DNA of 54,697 nucleotides from a virus (IMGVR_UViG_3300037286_000119:1-54697); one strand, 5' to 3'; positions 1 to 9,572 are shown, counted from the stretch's first letter. Notes: generated by a model from the sequence alone, not told the origin. Program-made: numbers and translations.

Positions 1-466
1 CTCCACTCCATCTCGCGGCGGCTGCTGTTAAAAGATCATGGAAATACCCTAAATGGATTCTTTTTTTTGGAGATATCTTGATAGAAACTTGCCACTTTCC
101 AAGATTTTTATTCCACACCACTCCAGGGACGCCGGATTTATTGTCTTTGCGGAGGCCCCTGTTTCTTGAGTTGCATTGAGGCGTCTTGTGAACCAGGTTT
201 TCCCATTTATCATTATCCCTCACCCGGTCTTTATGGTCGACTTCATGTTCCGGGAAATATCCTTCCATATAAAGCCAAGCAAGCCTGTTGGCCCGGTATG
301 GTTTCCCATCAACAACTATATATCGGTATCCATTTTTAATATGCCCTGCAATATCACCAACCCTTGCTTCCTGACTCCGATAAACCAGCCATTTGAATAT
401 TCCGGTTTCAGGATCATAAGAAAGGAGTTCCCTTAATCTTTCTTGAGTTAATTTATTTTTTGTCAT
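1..466 (-). CDS. HNH endonuclease with C-terminal AP2-like DNA-binding domain (partial, runs off window; not in ORF track)
   Basis: Manual translation from ATG at 466: MTKNKLTQERLRELLSYDPETGIFKW...YRANRLAWLYMEGYFPEHEVDHKDRVRDNDKWENL...NKSGVPGVVWNKNLGKWQVSI...RIHLGYF, the typical HNH-AP2 phage homing endonuclease pattern; GGAG RBS upstream. Confidence 0.85.
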   Translation of the reverse strand, partial: MTKNKLTQERLRELLSYDPETGIFKWLVYRSQEARVGDIAGHIKNGYRYIVVDGKPYRANRLAWLYMEGYFPEHEVDHKDRVRDNDKWENLVHKTPQCNSRNRGLRKDNKSGVPGVVWNKNLGKWQVSIKISPKKRIHLGYFHDLLTAAAARWSG

Positions 467-502
467 GGCGATTAATTCTCCTGTTTAAATCTGAGTTTCA
501 TT

Positions 503-721
503 TTATCCCCTATGATTCCAAAGTCCCCGGACATGGTTCCCGGTAAACCAAAGGCTGACCAGGAACATTCCCCATTGACCGGCGGAATAGGTGGTGTAAA
601 TCCAAAACGGCTGGCCGATGAGGCCGAATATGAACCCGAGCCGCTTGTATTTTGTCCCGGCGAATGCCCAGATTGAGGCTCCGGAACAGAGCATTATTAT
701 TGCCTGTTGGATGTGGTTCAT
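503..721 (-). CDS. Small membrane protein (PnuC-like fragment family)
   Basis: Hydrophobic 72 aa with GQPFW and QWG motifs; clear paralog at 40535-40780. Confidence 0.7.
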   Translation of the reverse strand: MNHIQQAIIMLCSGASIWAFAGTKYKRLGFIFGLIGQPFWIYTTYSAGQWGMFLVSLWFTGNHVRGLWNHRG

Positions 722-1150
722 TTAAAAAGCTCCAATTGGGTTTCTATTATTCTTTTTGAATGAGGTGGGGGGGGGTAACGCCGCCCTCCTGACTTTTTCA
801 TCCGCGTCATAGGCGAGGTGGCACTTCTGGCACATTGCCTTTAACCTGTCGTCGCTCACGGCCTGGTTCTGTTCGTCGTGGTCCAGGTGGGCCACGGTCA
901 GAATCACCCGGACTTTTTTGATCATCCACTTGGTAAGGCTTTTTATCCTGATTGTGTCTCTCTTATCAGTGAACCATATCTGATAATATCCGGTTTTCCC
1001 CTTCCCGGTAGCTATCCTGAGCTTGCAGGAATAAACCTCGGATCTGTTTGGTATGCCGCAGACCTCGCACCGGTTTTTTGCTCTGGCAAGGATCCTCGGC
1101 ACGATTTCAGATTTCCAGGTCGCTGGATATTTTTGGTAATCTATTGGCAT
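722..1150 (-). CDS. HNH-like zinc-binding nuclease family protein
   Basis: RAKNRCEVCG...LTVAHLDHDEQN...LKAMCQKCHLAYD (CxxC / H / CxxCH pattern). Confidence 0.75.
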   Translation of the reverse strand: MPIDYQKYPATWKSEIVPRILARAKNRCEVCGIPNRSEVYSCKLRIATGKGKTGYYQIWFTDKRDTIRIKSLTKWMIKKVRVILTVAHLDHDEQNQAVSDDRLKAMCQKCHLAYDADEKVRRAALPPPTSFKKNNRNPIGAF

Positions 1151-1151
1151 T

Positions 1152-1547
1152 TTATAAGCTCATTCCCGGCAACACATATTCGACATCGAAAAAGGAAAGT
1201 TTTCCTGGGCAGGGCATGAACGGCAGTTCCTTCGGATTCTCAAAAACAAAAGCCTTTGGGCCGAAGAACCATTCGGACGGATGATAGGTTACACAATCAA
1301 TCATATTGACTGCTCCTATTATCCCGCCGCGCTCCTCCTGGGAAGCAAGAGCGATTTGATAGTCGGGATTGAATAGGTCGTATCCGTATTTTTCAGCAAT
1401 CCATTTAAGCGCCTCTCGGTCAAATACCTTTGATGCGTGAATCAATAATGGTCCCCGGTAATTTGATTTCCATGTCCTGTTTTCCACAGGTTTAATCCCG
1501 GCAATGATTAATGAGGCCCATGGTTGACGAATTGACAGGGCTTTCAT
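1152..1547 (-). CDS. ASCH domain protein
   Basis: MKALSIRQPWASLIIAGIKPVENRTW..YRGPLLIHAS (GxKxxExR signature). Confidence 0.9.
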   Translation of the reverse strand: MKALSIRQPWASLIIAGIKPVENRTWKSNYRGPLLIHASKVFDREALKWIAEKYGYDLFNPDYQIALASQEERGGIIGAVNMIDCVTYHPSEWFFGPKAFVFENPKELPFMPCPGKLSFFDVEYVLPGMSL

Positions 1548-2185
1548 TTTTCACCTCTCTGCTTAACGGCCTTGTCTGAGCATTGCCATGATATAGGCTC
1601 ATGTTTCTCAAGCTGGTCGTTAAGATCATCGATCAAGTCCAAAACATCTTGATCTATCAGATCACGAACATCTGCATCGTATGTGTCCGGAATATGGTTT
1701 TCAAAAAAGGAATCAACATCAATCGACGGCATGACCATAGGTTCGCAATGGCAAAGCTGCAGGTCCTCAATATTGCAGCCATGCTCATCACAATAATCTT
1801 GGACCTCTTCTATGCCGTTAAAAAAATACTGGTCATTGGCAAAGCTACAAACCGGAGATTCACCGTCCCATTCAACACGTTCAAGAGCAGCATATTTTTC
1901 ATCTTGGCGTTTTTCCCAACACGGGCGGCAATATGCGTTCTTTTCAAATACCCCGCCGCATTTTTCACATTTTCTGTGAGTGCTGCCGTCATACCGGGCC
2001 ATTCTTTCGTCTTTTCCCCAAAACCTACCGTCACGGCTTACCCATCCTTCTATCCCGGTTTGATATGTTGCGGCTTCCGGGCTGTCTTCCAGGATTATTT
2101 CCTTAGCCTTGCAACCACTGCACAATTGTTCCCATGGTTTAATGATAGTATTTTCACATTCTGGACATAGTTTACCGGTCATCAC
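1544..2185 (-). CDS. Hypothetical phage protein, Cys-rich zinc-ribbon motifs
   Basis: Several CxxC pairs; ATGA coupling with neighbours. Confidence 0.7.
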   Translation of the reverse strand: MMTGKLCPECENTIIKPWEQLCSGCKAKEIILEDSPEAATYQTGIEGWVSRDGRFWGKDERMARYDGSTHRKCEKCGGVFEKNAYCRPCWEKRQDEKYAALERVEWDGESPVCSFANDQYFFNGIEEVQDYCDEHGCNIEDLQLCHCEPMVMPSIDVDSFFENHIPDTYDADVRDLIDQDVLDLIDDLNDQLEKHEPISWQCSDKAVKQRGEK

Positions 2186-2544
2186 ATCCTCCTTGAGTTT
2201 TGTATATCAGCGGCGTGCCGTGCATAATCGGCCGCCGATATTTCATAGCCTCTCTGTAGTCCCCTAAGTGATTGGGCAAGAGTAGGGGCAGCACATTTGC
2301 CCAGCCATAGGGCTTTTTCCCCAAAACCTGCACTCATTGATTCATATTCTATCGAGCCGCTCCTGAGACTTACCCTGACCATTATTGTGGATGTCCTATT
2401 TTTTCCGGCTGTTGTTATCCCGGTAGCCTCCAGGAAAGTTATTGTGGAAGAATATACCGTTCCAGGATGATGCACTGTCCACTTGTGACCCGGTAAACTT
2501 TTCATGAGGGCTTCCCTAAATTCTTTTTTCTTTGGTAATTCCAT
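2182..2544 (-). CDS. Hypothetical phage protein
   Basis: 120-aa ORF coupled within the leftward early operon. Confidence 0.6.
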   Translation of the reverse strand: MELPKKKEFREALMKSLPGHKWTVHHPGTVYSSTITFLEATGITTAGKNRTSTIMVRVSLRSGSIEYESMSAGFGEKALWLGKCAAPTLAQSLRGLQRGYEISAADYARHAADIQNSRRM

Positions 2545-2555
2545 TGCATCAACCC

Positions 2556-2771
2556 CTATTTATAAAATTTCCCCATTCTCTTCCGGATAGTCCGGCCCTT
2601 AACCCCGCTCCGGCTGTCCGGCATCCTGAAAAACAGGATCGCCCTGGCGGTTATTCCGATTAGTTTTTTTAAAATTTTCACCATGGGATATTCCACTTTA
2701 TGGCGGTTAATCAGACGGAGGAGATACCTGTCAAATTGTGGGCAGATATGATATTCGATATAAAACATCAC
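2556..2771 (-). CDS. Hypothetical protein
   Basis: Fills the gap in the operon, 4-nt overlap with sbcC-like gene. Confidence 0.45.
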   Translation of the reverse strand: MMFYIEYHICPQFDRYLLRLINRHKVEYPMVKILKKLIGITARAILFFRMPDSRSGVKGRTIRKRMGKFYK

Positions 2772-5341
2772 GCCACCATCCCAATATCAGATTCAGAAAC
2801 AATGCCGCCCTTCTGGAACACGAGCGAATGATCAGCCATAGCCTGGCACTCCGGTATATGGGAAATAAAGAACAGCTTTTCAAAATTTCCCTGAACCATT
2901 AAAGCCCGGTACATCTGGATAAATCTCTCGGCCTTCTCTTTGTCTAGGGCGCCGGATTCCTCGTCCGCAAAGCAGGTCGCAAAATGGATGCCGGACTTTT
3001 CAGTATTGACCAGGATCTGAGCCGCCTTAAATGCCTGCAATATCCACACGGATTCCCCGCCGGAAAAATCACAGAGAGAATATGTTTTTCCATCTTCCCT
3101 GGTAATCATGATATCCAGGATCTCGGCACCGGTTTCCGGGTCCTGGGTGATCAGGTCAAGGTAAAATTCGCCACCATAGGCAGCGTGAAGCAAGTCGTTT
3201 GCTATTCCGGTGAGCAGAGGGGCGGCCGCCGAAATTTCCAGGGCCTGCAGTCCGGACTTTGAAACAGCATCCCGGATATAGGACCATTTGGACAGCTCTT
3301 CCCGGATAAAGGATTCCCGTGATTTTAACCGGGCTATTTCTTCGATATCCTTGGCCGCTGCCTTGGCTTTGTCTTCAAGTACTGCAATCGTTTTCTCTAT
3401 ATCTGAGGCTTCCCTGACTGCGTTTTTTAAGCCGATGTCTGTATGGGCCATGGACTGATTTGACAGGTCAATGTCAATTTGAATATCAGCCTGAGTCCTG
3501 GCAGGCGTAATCATCAATATTTCTGCCGACAGGGGAGCGGCGTCCAGTTCAAGTTTTTCAATCTTCCTCTGAATATCGGAATCACCCAGAGCAAAGGCCT
3601 GGTTCTTTTCAAGGATCGATTTTTCAAGTAGACCGAGTTTTTGTTCGGCCAGTTCTAATTCAGGTTTTTTGTTTGCCAGGGCTTCGAGGTCTGCGATCTT
3701 GCCGGGGACATCTTTGAGCTTTGTATTCACTGCCAGATATGCTTCAGACAGGGCGGCCTTCCCTTTTTCAAGGCCTGCTTTTTCTGAGAGAAGTTCCGCT
3801 TCTTCCTCTGAAAGTTTTTTCAGGTTTTCCTCGGCAAGTTCTTTTTTGTCTTCCCTTTTAATCAACAGGGATGCCAAGTTCATTTCAGTGTTTACGATGG
3901 ATGATTCCCATGCCACCAAGGCCGGTTTTGTTTCGGTAATCAGCCCTTGATTCTTTGCGATAGCATCCGCAATCTCCTTTTCCTTTGCAGGTTTCATGGA
4001 AATCTTTTCAAGAGCATTTTTGATAAACGGGCAGGCGTCTATGAGGCAAGCGCCCGGCCGGAGTGCCAACAGGGATTCAGCGGCCTTGAATTGTTCAAGT
4101 TCTTTCTGCATGGCTTTGATTGCCGGATCATCGGAGATGGCAGCAATCCTGGTATTCAGTTCTGCAATCTTTCGTTCGGTGTTGGCTTTCTCATCGTTGA
4201 GGGCCTTGATCTGTTCTTCAAGGCTTTTGAGTTCGGGGTCATTTTCGATGTTGAGCCGGTCGGTTTTGATGTTTGCAATGGCCAGGTCTATCCCGGATAT
4301 TTTTTCTTTGAGGCCGTTGCCCTTAACGGTTACGTCATTGAGTTCATTCCTGAGCAAAGAATCGTGCAATTTAAGCTCTTTGATACTCTGTGATGCAGTG
4401 AGGATCATTTCTTTCTGGTCTACCAACTCATGCAGGGGGGCCGTTTCCTCTGCCATTTTCTCAATCCATTCATTGTGCAGGCGCACAACCTCGGCCTTTT
4501 CTGCCCGTAAGCTGATGATCTGGTCCGTGATGGCCGCAAGCTGCTTATTCTTTTCAGCAAGGACGGCCTCTTGTTTTTGGGCTTCTGCTGATTCCTGGGC
4601 GAGCCTGGACAATTCTTCCCGGATGGCAGCGGCCTTTCTTTCAAAACCTGAAATTTCCGTTTTTTTGACATCAACTGAGGCCAGGTTCTCTTTCAATGAT
4701 GTGGAGTTTCTCAGGATTTCCTCTTCCCGTGTCGAATAATATTCCAAATCCCTGAGAACTTCGGAGAGGGCGCTTTCACACTCTTTGATACAGGCCCCGG
4801 CATTGTGCCAGTATTCATTGTATTTTTTCAGACCAAGGAGTTCTATCAACAGGTTTTTAAAATCTCCCACTGTCAAGTCTGTCAACTTTTGTCCACCCTG
4901 ACAGCTAAAAATGGATGAATAAAACAACTTCTCGCTCCCGAATAGCTCAGACACCACCCGCTTATATTCGCTTATTTTCCCCTTAACCATGGGCGCCCCG
5001 TCGCAAGTTATATATCCTTCCGGGGACATGGTTGTGCCTGCCGGGATCTCAACCCTGAAAACATACTTTTTGCCCTGGTGGAGATAACATACTTCTTTGT
5101 ATGAGTCCCGGAGCCGGAATTGCTTTTTGAAATTGTATTTCTGAGGGTTCTTTTGCTGTCGGCTGGGGAACAACGGGAAAGGGGAAAGCATTTCCATAAA
5201 TGTTGTTTTCCCCTGGCCATTGTTCCCGGCCAGGTTAATCAGGCCGGAAAGGTGTTCAAAATTGACGGCAATCTCATCCACGCCCAGGCCGTAATGGATG
5301 CCGTATGATCCTTTTACTTTTATATATTGCAGGTTTGCCAT
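2768..5341 (-). CDS. sbcC: SbcC/Rad50-like SMC ATPase
   Basis: Walker A GNNGQGKT, long coiled coil with central Cys pair (CLIDAC, zinc-hook-like), signature FSGGES, Walker B FADEESGALD, H-loop ISH. Confidence 0.9.
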   Translation of the reverse strand: MANLQYIKVKGSYGIHYGLGVDEIAVNFEHLSGLINLAGNNGQGKTTFMEMLSPFPLFPSRQQKNPQKYNFKKQFRLRDSYKEVCYLHQGKKYVFRVEIPAGTTMSPEGYITCDGAPMVKGKISEYKRVVSELFGSEKLFYSSIFSCQGGQKLTDLTVGDFKNLLIELLGLKKYNEYWHNAGACIKECESALSEVLRDLEYYSTREEEILRNSTSLKENLASVDVKKTEISGFERKAAAIREELSRLAQESAEAQKQEAVLAEKNKQLAAITDQIISLRAEKAEVVRLHNEWIEKMAEETAPLHELVDQKEMILTASQSIKELKLHDSLLRNELNDVTVKGNGLKEKISGIDLAIANIKTDRLNIENDPELKSLEEQIKALNDEKANTERKIAELNTRIAAISDDPAIKAMQKELEQFKAAESLLALRPGACLIDACPFIKNALEKISMKPAKEKEIADAIAKNQGLITETKPALVAWESSIVNTEMNLASLLIKREDKKELAEENLKKLSEEEAELLSEKAGLEKGKAALSEAYLAVNTKLKDVPGKIADLEALANKKPELELAEQKLGLLEKSILEKNQAFALGDSDIQRKIEKLELDAAPLSAEILMITPARTQADIQIDIDLSNQSMAHTDIGLKNAVREASDIEKTIAVLEDKAKAAAKDIEEIARLKSRESFIREELSKWSYIRDAVSKSGLQALEISAAAPLLTGIANDLLHAAYGGEFYLDLITQDPETGAEILDIMITREDGKTYSLCDFSGGESVWILQAFKAAQILVNTEKSGIHFATCFADEESGALDKEKAERFIQMYRALMVQGNFEKLFFISHIPECQAMADHSLVFQKGGIVSESDIGMVA

Positions 5342-5343
5342 AA

Positions 5344-5676
5344 TTATTTCCTCACTCTCTCAAGAATGGTTTCAACACCTTTCCTCAAAAGGAATCTAAA
5401 ATCATCTCTGATCGTTGCGTTTTCCATGAGCTTCTTTATATCGTTTCCCATTTCAGTGACGATTTTATTGACAATTTTTTGAGCGAGTTCTGTTTCTAGA
5501 AGCTCTGTTATGTTTGAGCGGACCCGGTCATAATCAATGGCGGATAAAGCGGAATGTAACTCGTTGGATATGTCTATTCTTTTATCAAACGGGAGTTTAA
5601 GCGCCTCCCCATTCTGAATCATTTTAATAATAGCGGTTTCAAAAGCTTTTTCTATTTTCATAGTATCTATTTCCAT
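5344..5676 (-). CDS. Hypothetical protein between sbcD-like and sbcC-like genes
   Basis: 110-aa helical, AT-rich ORF coupled to both neighbours. Confidence 0.65.
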   Translation of the reverse strand: MEIDTMKIEKAFETAIIKMIQNGEALKLPFDKRIDISNELHSALSAIDYDRVRSNITELLETELAQKIVNKIVTEMGNDIKKLMENATIRDDFRFLLRKGVETILERVRK

Positions 5677-7034
5677 TATGCCACCTCTCTTTCTTTCTCA
5701 ATTTCGTTGACGATTACAGCCGGTTTGTCCTGATTAAGCCGTGCCTGACAGTATTTAACCAGGTCGGCCGGGCTCATAGCCTCCACATTTTCCAGCATTT
5801 CAAACACGCCGGCCGGCACGGGCTGGCTCCGGTGGTTGGCCAGGGCACGGACCTTATCAATCAGGGTTTCGGCTTTGATAATTTCTTCTTCCCGGGAATT
5901 CTCCCGGCGCACTCGTTTAATTTCGAGGACAACATTGTCGGCCCCGGCTTCTTTGATGGACTGTTTCAATGCGGATTGGTTGATCCTGCGGATATCATCT
6001 ATCCAGAGAGTTATTTTCACCTTTGCCCAATATCCGGGTTTCTCCTGACCGCCATTGTCCAGGATGTCGGAAACCACCCGCTGGATAAAATTTTCTTTGA
6101 TCAGGTCCGGATCAGAGACACAGTTATAATCCACCTGGATCATTTCCCGGGTGGGGGTCTGAATAAATTCATGCAGGTCCGGTTCATTGTCGTCGCAGAT
6201 ATCGTGGACGTAGAATCCCTTTGCCATCCCTTGCTCTCCAAAATCCTTTCTAAAGATGGACCCGGCGTGGAAAGCTTTTTTTCCGGCAGGGAGAGCATAT
6301 TCCTGAGCGTAATGGATATGGCCGAGAAGGCAGATATCGGCCAGAGCCATGGAAAGAGTCTCGGTATCAATGGCAATGTCTGTGCCGGGGAGGGTTTGAG
6401 TTTCGGAAATCTTTGAACCCTTCATTGAAAAATGTCCGTTGAGGACGTGAATTGAATCATATCCGTTAGCCATAACCCCAAAGCTTGCAAATATAGACCC
6501 CATGGCCTGGGCTATGTTTTGATTATCGATTTCGGCGCCTTGGCGGTTTTTCCAATTCTCTTTGGTCGGTGGAGGGATCTGCGTGACGATCATGACAATT
6601 TCCTGGTTCGGGATCATAACCGCTTCCATATCCTCTGCCGTCACCCAGGAATAAACATGGTGGGCGGGGACTATTTTGTTCACAAGCTGAGACCTGAGAT
6701 AAATCTGCTCAGGCTTTGTGCTGACATGGATAGGATTTTTCCCGGAGACATATTTCAGGAGTTCCGGCGTCTGTCCATCGTGGGAAAATGTCCCACAAAC
6801 GACGGCAACCGGTGCGATATCCGATAATTTCCGGAACACGCTGGATATCATCTTTGCCGACTTGGTATCGGCGGCAAGATATTGGCTGTTTGTCACGTCC
6901 CCTGAACAAATAATCACGTCAGGGCGTTTTTGTTCAGCGGTTTTAACCATAAAATCAAGACACCGCTGAATTTCTTCACTGTTTTTTTCTTCTGCATGAA
7001 CGTCGGCAAAATGCAAAATTCTTGTTCCCATCAT
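5676..7034 (-). CDS. sbcD: SbcD/Mre11-like metallophosphoesterase exonuclease
   Basis: HFADVH, SGDV, GTFSHD, LLGHIH, HAGS motifs; adjacent to SMC ATPase. Confidence 0.9.
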   Translation of the reverse strand: MMGTRILHFADVHAEEKNSEEIQRCLDFMVKTAEQKRPDVIICSGDVTNSQYLAADTKSAKMISSVFRKLSDIAPVAVVCGTFSHDGQTPELLKYVSGKNPIHVSTKPEQIYLRSQLVNKIVPAHHVYSWVTAEDMEAVMIPNQEIVMIVTQIPPPTKENWKNRQGAEIDNQNIAQAMGSIFASFGVMANGYDSIHVLNGHFSMKGSKISETQTLPGTDIAIDTETLSMALADICLLGHIHYAQEYALPAGKKAFHAGSIFRKDFGEQGMAKGFYVHDICDDNEPDLHEFIQTPTREMIQVDYNCVSDPDLIKENFIQRVVSDILDNGGQEKPGYWAKVKITLWIDDIRRINQSALKQSIKEAGADNVVLEIKRVRRENSREEEIIKAETLIDKVRALANHRSQPVPAGVFEMLENVEAMSPADLVKYCQARLNQDKPAVIVNEIEKEREVA

Positions 7035-8071
7035 GCGGCTCCTTTCTTAGAGTTTAAGATGTGTTTGAAATAATCTGTTCGGCCGTCCTGGTTCCACATA
7101 TGGAGAGGGGGATTATCTTTCATATCCTGGTCATAGAATTTGTATCCAATGTTCTTGATCAGGGCCAGGATGGTTTTTTCCTGGTCTTCTGGGGACTGGT
7201 TTTCGAAATCTACGGTCTGGCCGTCTTCTGATTTGGTGCCCGGAACATCCGGCTCAATATCTTCTTCCTGTGTTTCTTCCGGGAGTTCTTTTATCCTGGG
7301 CGGTGGCAATACAGGGGGAGCGGCTCCATATATGTTCAGATTTGCTTGATATAGGCCTGCTATTTGGACCCTCTGCACTTCCACGTTTGTGGGATCGAGA
7401 ACATATTTTACTATATAGAAATATTTTGAGACGCCATCGTGTTCATCCCCATTTTTCTTATAGGGAGAAAATGCCGCAGGGAGATGTAGAATATTTCGAA
7501 CAGCCCTAACTTGGGCACCTGATTCGCATCGCTCATCAATCACGTCTTTAATCTGATTGATGTCCCTATTCGTGAAATACCTAATAAAATCCTGTTTGTC
7601 CTGGGGCCATGGTTTTTTTACGTCGTACCCATTTGGTCCTTTGCCGCCGCCGAACTTGTTTTTATATTCCCAATCTTCGGCATATTTAGCGTCTAAAGCT
7701 ATTTTCTTTGCATCGAGGTCGATATGTTTGCTGGCCGGCAACTCGATAAATAATCCGGTATGCGCTCGATACCGGGCCACAACCCTGAAAGTGCAACGGT
7801 TTGGATTTCTCCCGTCATCCCACCGGCCGACCCTGCCGATTTCAGAAACCCACTCTATCCCTGCCCCGTCAGCAAGTTTCATGGCGGCATGGTGGTGGAG
7901 TCCGAATTTCCCGGAGATAGTGTAAAAATCATCCGGCCGGAGTTTGATTTTGTTCAGAACCGGGACGAATATCCCATTAATCTGGGGCAGGGGTGTTGAC
8001 GGCACAAAGATAAAATGGCCGTCTTTTTTTGCATGGGTGAGTTCTTCGCGGAGCTCTTTGTTCTGATCCAT
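7031..8071 (-). CDS. Hypothetical protein, candidate recombination/ssDNA-annealing partner of SbcCD
   Basis: 346 aa, directly upstream of sbcD-like gene, acidic/Pro-rich C-terminal linker; function inferred from position only. Confidence 0.6.
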   Translation of the reverse strand: MDQNKELREELTHAKKDGHFIFVPSTPLPQINGIFVPVLNKIKLRPDDFYTISGKFGLHHHAAMKLADGAGIEWVSEIGRVGRWDDGRNPNRCTFRVVARYRAHTGLFIELPASKHIDLDAKKIALDAKYAEDWEYKNKFGGGKGPNGYDVKKPWPQDKQDFIRYFTNRDINQIKDVIDERCESGAQVRAVRNILHLPAAFSPYKKNGDEHDGVSKYFYIVKYVLDPTNVEVQRVQIAGLYQANLNIYGAAPPVLPPPRIKELPEETQEEDIEPDVPGTKSEDGQTVDFENQSPEDQEKTILALIKNIGYKFYDQDMKDNPPLHMWNQDGRTDYFKHILNSKKGAA

Positions 8072-8652
8072 TATTCCACCGCCTTTCCGGCCACGATATC
8101 AACGAACCAATATTTATCAACTTTCCGCAGATCGATCTCGTTGACATTTTCTATGATATATTCCCGGACGCTGTGATCCGTGATAAACCACATATCACCG
8201 CCTTGGTTGGCGGTTCTGGCCGTACCTCTCCGCTTGGCCTTCAAGCGGCCCTCTTTAATAGCCCTCGTGACAAAATGGGAGTCTTCACCAAGGCACATGG
8301 CAAGGCTGGTCGCCGACTGGCCCCGGAGATTCGATAACATCCGCATTCTTTTGCGTTTTAAAATGATGCCGGTTAAAGAGCGTGTGAACCCGGCGGACTT
8401 CAGCCTGATTTTTATTCTTTCCGGGGTGAGGTGTGCCCATCGCTCCAGGATCTCAAGTTCACGGTCTGACCAGACGGGTTCTTTCTTTTGTTTTTGGACC
8501 CAACCCTGATGAAGGGCATACCGGGAAACCCTCCATCTTGGCAGCCTGAATTTTTTGGCGATGTCTGCGACTTCTCCCGCCCCGGTACCGGACATGTAGG
8601 TCCGGAATATTTCATCATGGGCTTGGCTGGATATATGATATCTCTGAATCAT
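8071..8652 (-). CDS. Multi-HTH DNA-binding protein (Myb-like segment plus excisionase-like HTH)
   Basis: WSDRELEILERW...RSLTGII and LAMCLGEDSHFVTRAIKEGRLKA...WFIT; start set at MIQRY (ATGA overlap with upstream gene). Confidence 0.6.
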   Translation of the reverse strand: MIQRYHISSQAHDEIFRTYMSGTGAGEVADIAKKFRLPRWRVSRYALHQGWVQKQKKEPVWSDRELEILERWAHLTPERIKIRLKSAGFTRSLTGIILKRKRMRMLSNLRGQSATSLAMCLGEDSHFVTRAIKEGRLKAKRRGTARTANQGGDMWFITDHSVREYIIENVNEIDLRKVDKYWFVDIVAGKAVE

Positions 8653-8834
8653 CTGACCACCCCCATGCGGAAACCACGAATCCAGGCATGGGCGTTGAAT
8701 GGCTGGAAATAGATTGTCTTTTTTGAAAATGGATTGATGTAGGTTTCGGCCTGATTCGGCCTGTTGGAATTCGTGCGGAAGCAAAAAACCGGAACGGATT
8801 TGTCCGGCTCTTTGGTGTGGATCTGTTTTTTCAT
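8649..8834 (-). CDS. Small hypothetical protein, first gene of leftward operon
   Basis: GGAGGG RBS before ATG; stop overlaps next start. Confidence 0.55.
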   Translation of the reverse strand: MKKQIHTKEPDKSVPVFCFRTNSNRPNQAETYINPFSKKTIYFQPFNAHAWIRGFRMGVVR

Positions 8835-8889
8835 GTTGCCCTCCCGTGAAGGAGGGTCTTAGGGATCTGTGACGGGATTCCTGATGGTT

Positions 8890-8918
8890 ATCGTCTCAAG
8901 AAAAAAATAAAATGTCAA
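8890..8918 (-). promoter_or_regulatory. Candidate sigma70 promoter for leftward early operon (PL-like)
   Basis: Minus strand TTGACA-17 nt-GACGAT with TG extension. Confidence 0.5.
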
Positions 8919-8946
8919 ATGGTTTTTTGTGTGATACTTTCAGGGC

Positions 8947-9306
8947 ATGAAAAAGGCAATCATTTTATTTTTGATATTCCCGGGGTTGCTTTGGGCTGGT
9001 CACCTTCACCCCGAAAAATGGTATCAGGATAAATGGTGTGCTGAAAATGGCGGGCGTGCTGAGGTGGTCTTGCAGGATCAAACCCGGTGTGATTGCATCA
9101 CGGGAATGAACGCCGTTGAGGTGGACTTTGCCCGGAAATGGTATGAGGCAATAGGACAATCTTTATATTATGCCATGCTGACCGGGAAGAGGGCGGGAAT
9201 TGTCCTGATCATTGAATCAGAGGACGATATGAAATATTGGAACCGGATGAAGGCGACCATTGAGCATTTCGGGTTGCTGGTGGATTGTTGGAGAGTAAGC
9301 CCTTAA
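8947..9306 (+). CDS. Signal-peptide-bearing protein with PD-(D/E)XK-like nuclease motifs
   Basis: N-terminal MKKAIILFLIFPGLLWA; RCDC...AVEVDF...WYEAIGQSLYY pattern resembling the restriction-endonuclease-like fold. Confidence 0.6.
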   Translation: MKKAIILFLIFPGLLWAGHLHPEKWYQDKWCAENGGRAEVVLQDQTRCDCITGMNAVEVDFARKWYEAIGQSLYYAMLTGKRAGIVLIIESEDDMKYWNRMKATIEHFGLLVDCWRVSP

Positions 9307-9572
9307 TCGCACCCACATGATGGGCTAAGTGTCCCGTCACAGCATTTCGCACGGCCTCCTTGACAGCCGCAGACTCCGCCATGATGAGAACAGCATCCCC
9401 TTTTTTCTACCACTACTTCCTTTTCAGGAATTCTATCTTCGTTTGTAGATACTGCAATTTGGGCCGGCTCTGTTTTTTGGGTCGGCTCCGTGCCTGATTT
9501 TGTGGGTTCTTGGGCAAAAGCGATATTGCAGGTAAGAAATACAAAAAAACAGAAATAATGAAAATTTTTCAT
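9303..9572 (-). CDS. Small secreted cysteine-rich protein
   Basis: Signal peptide ending AFA; C-terminus RGCCSHHGGVCGCQGGRAKCCDGTLSPSCGC. Confidence 0.75.
   Translation of the reverse strand: MKNFHYFCFFVFLTCNIAFAQEPTKSGTEPTQKTEPAQIAVSTNEDRIPEKEVVVEKRGCCSHHGGVCGCQGGRAKCCDGTLSPSCGCD

Noticed and set aside
176-436. Plus-strand 86-aa ORF in the track
   Set aside because: Antisense shadow of the HNH-AP2 gene on the minus strand
3669-4739. Long plus-strand ORFs opposite sbcC-like gene
   Set aside because: Ser/Phe/Leu-rich mirror frames of a coiled-coil gene; no RBS or motifs
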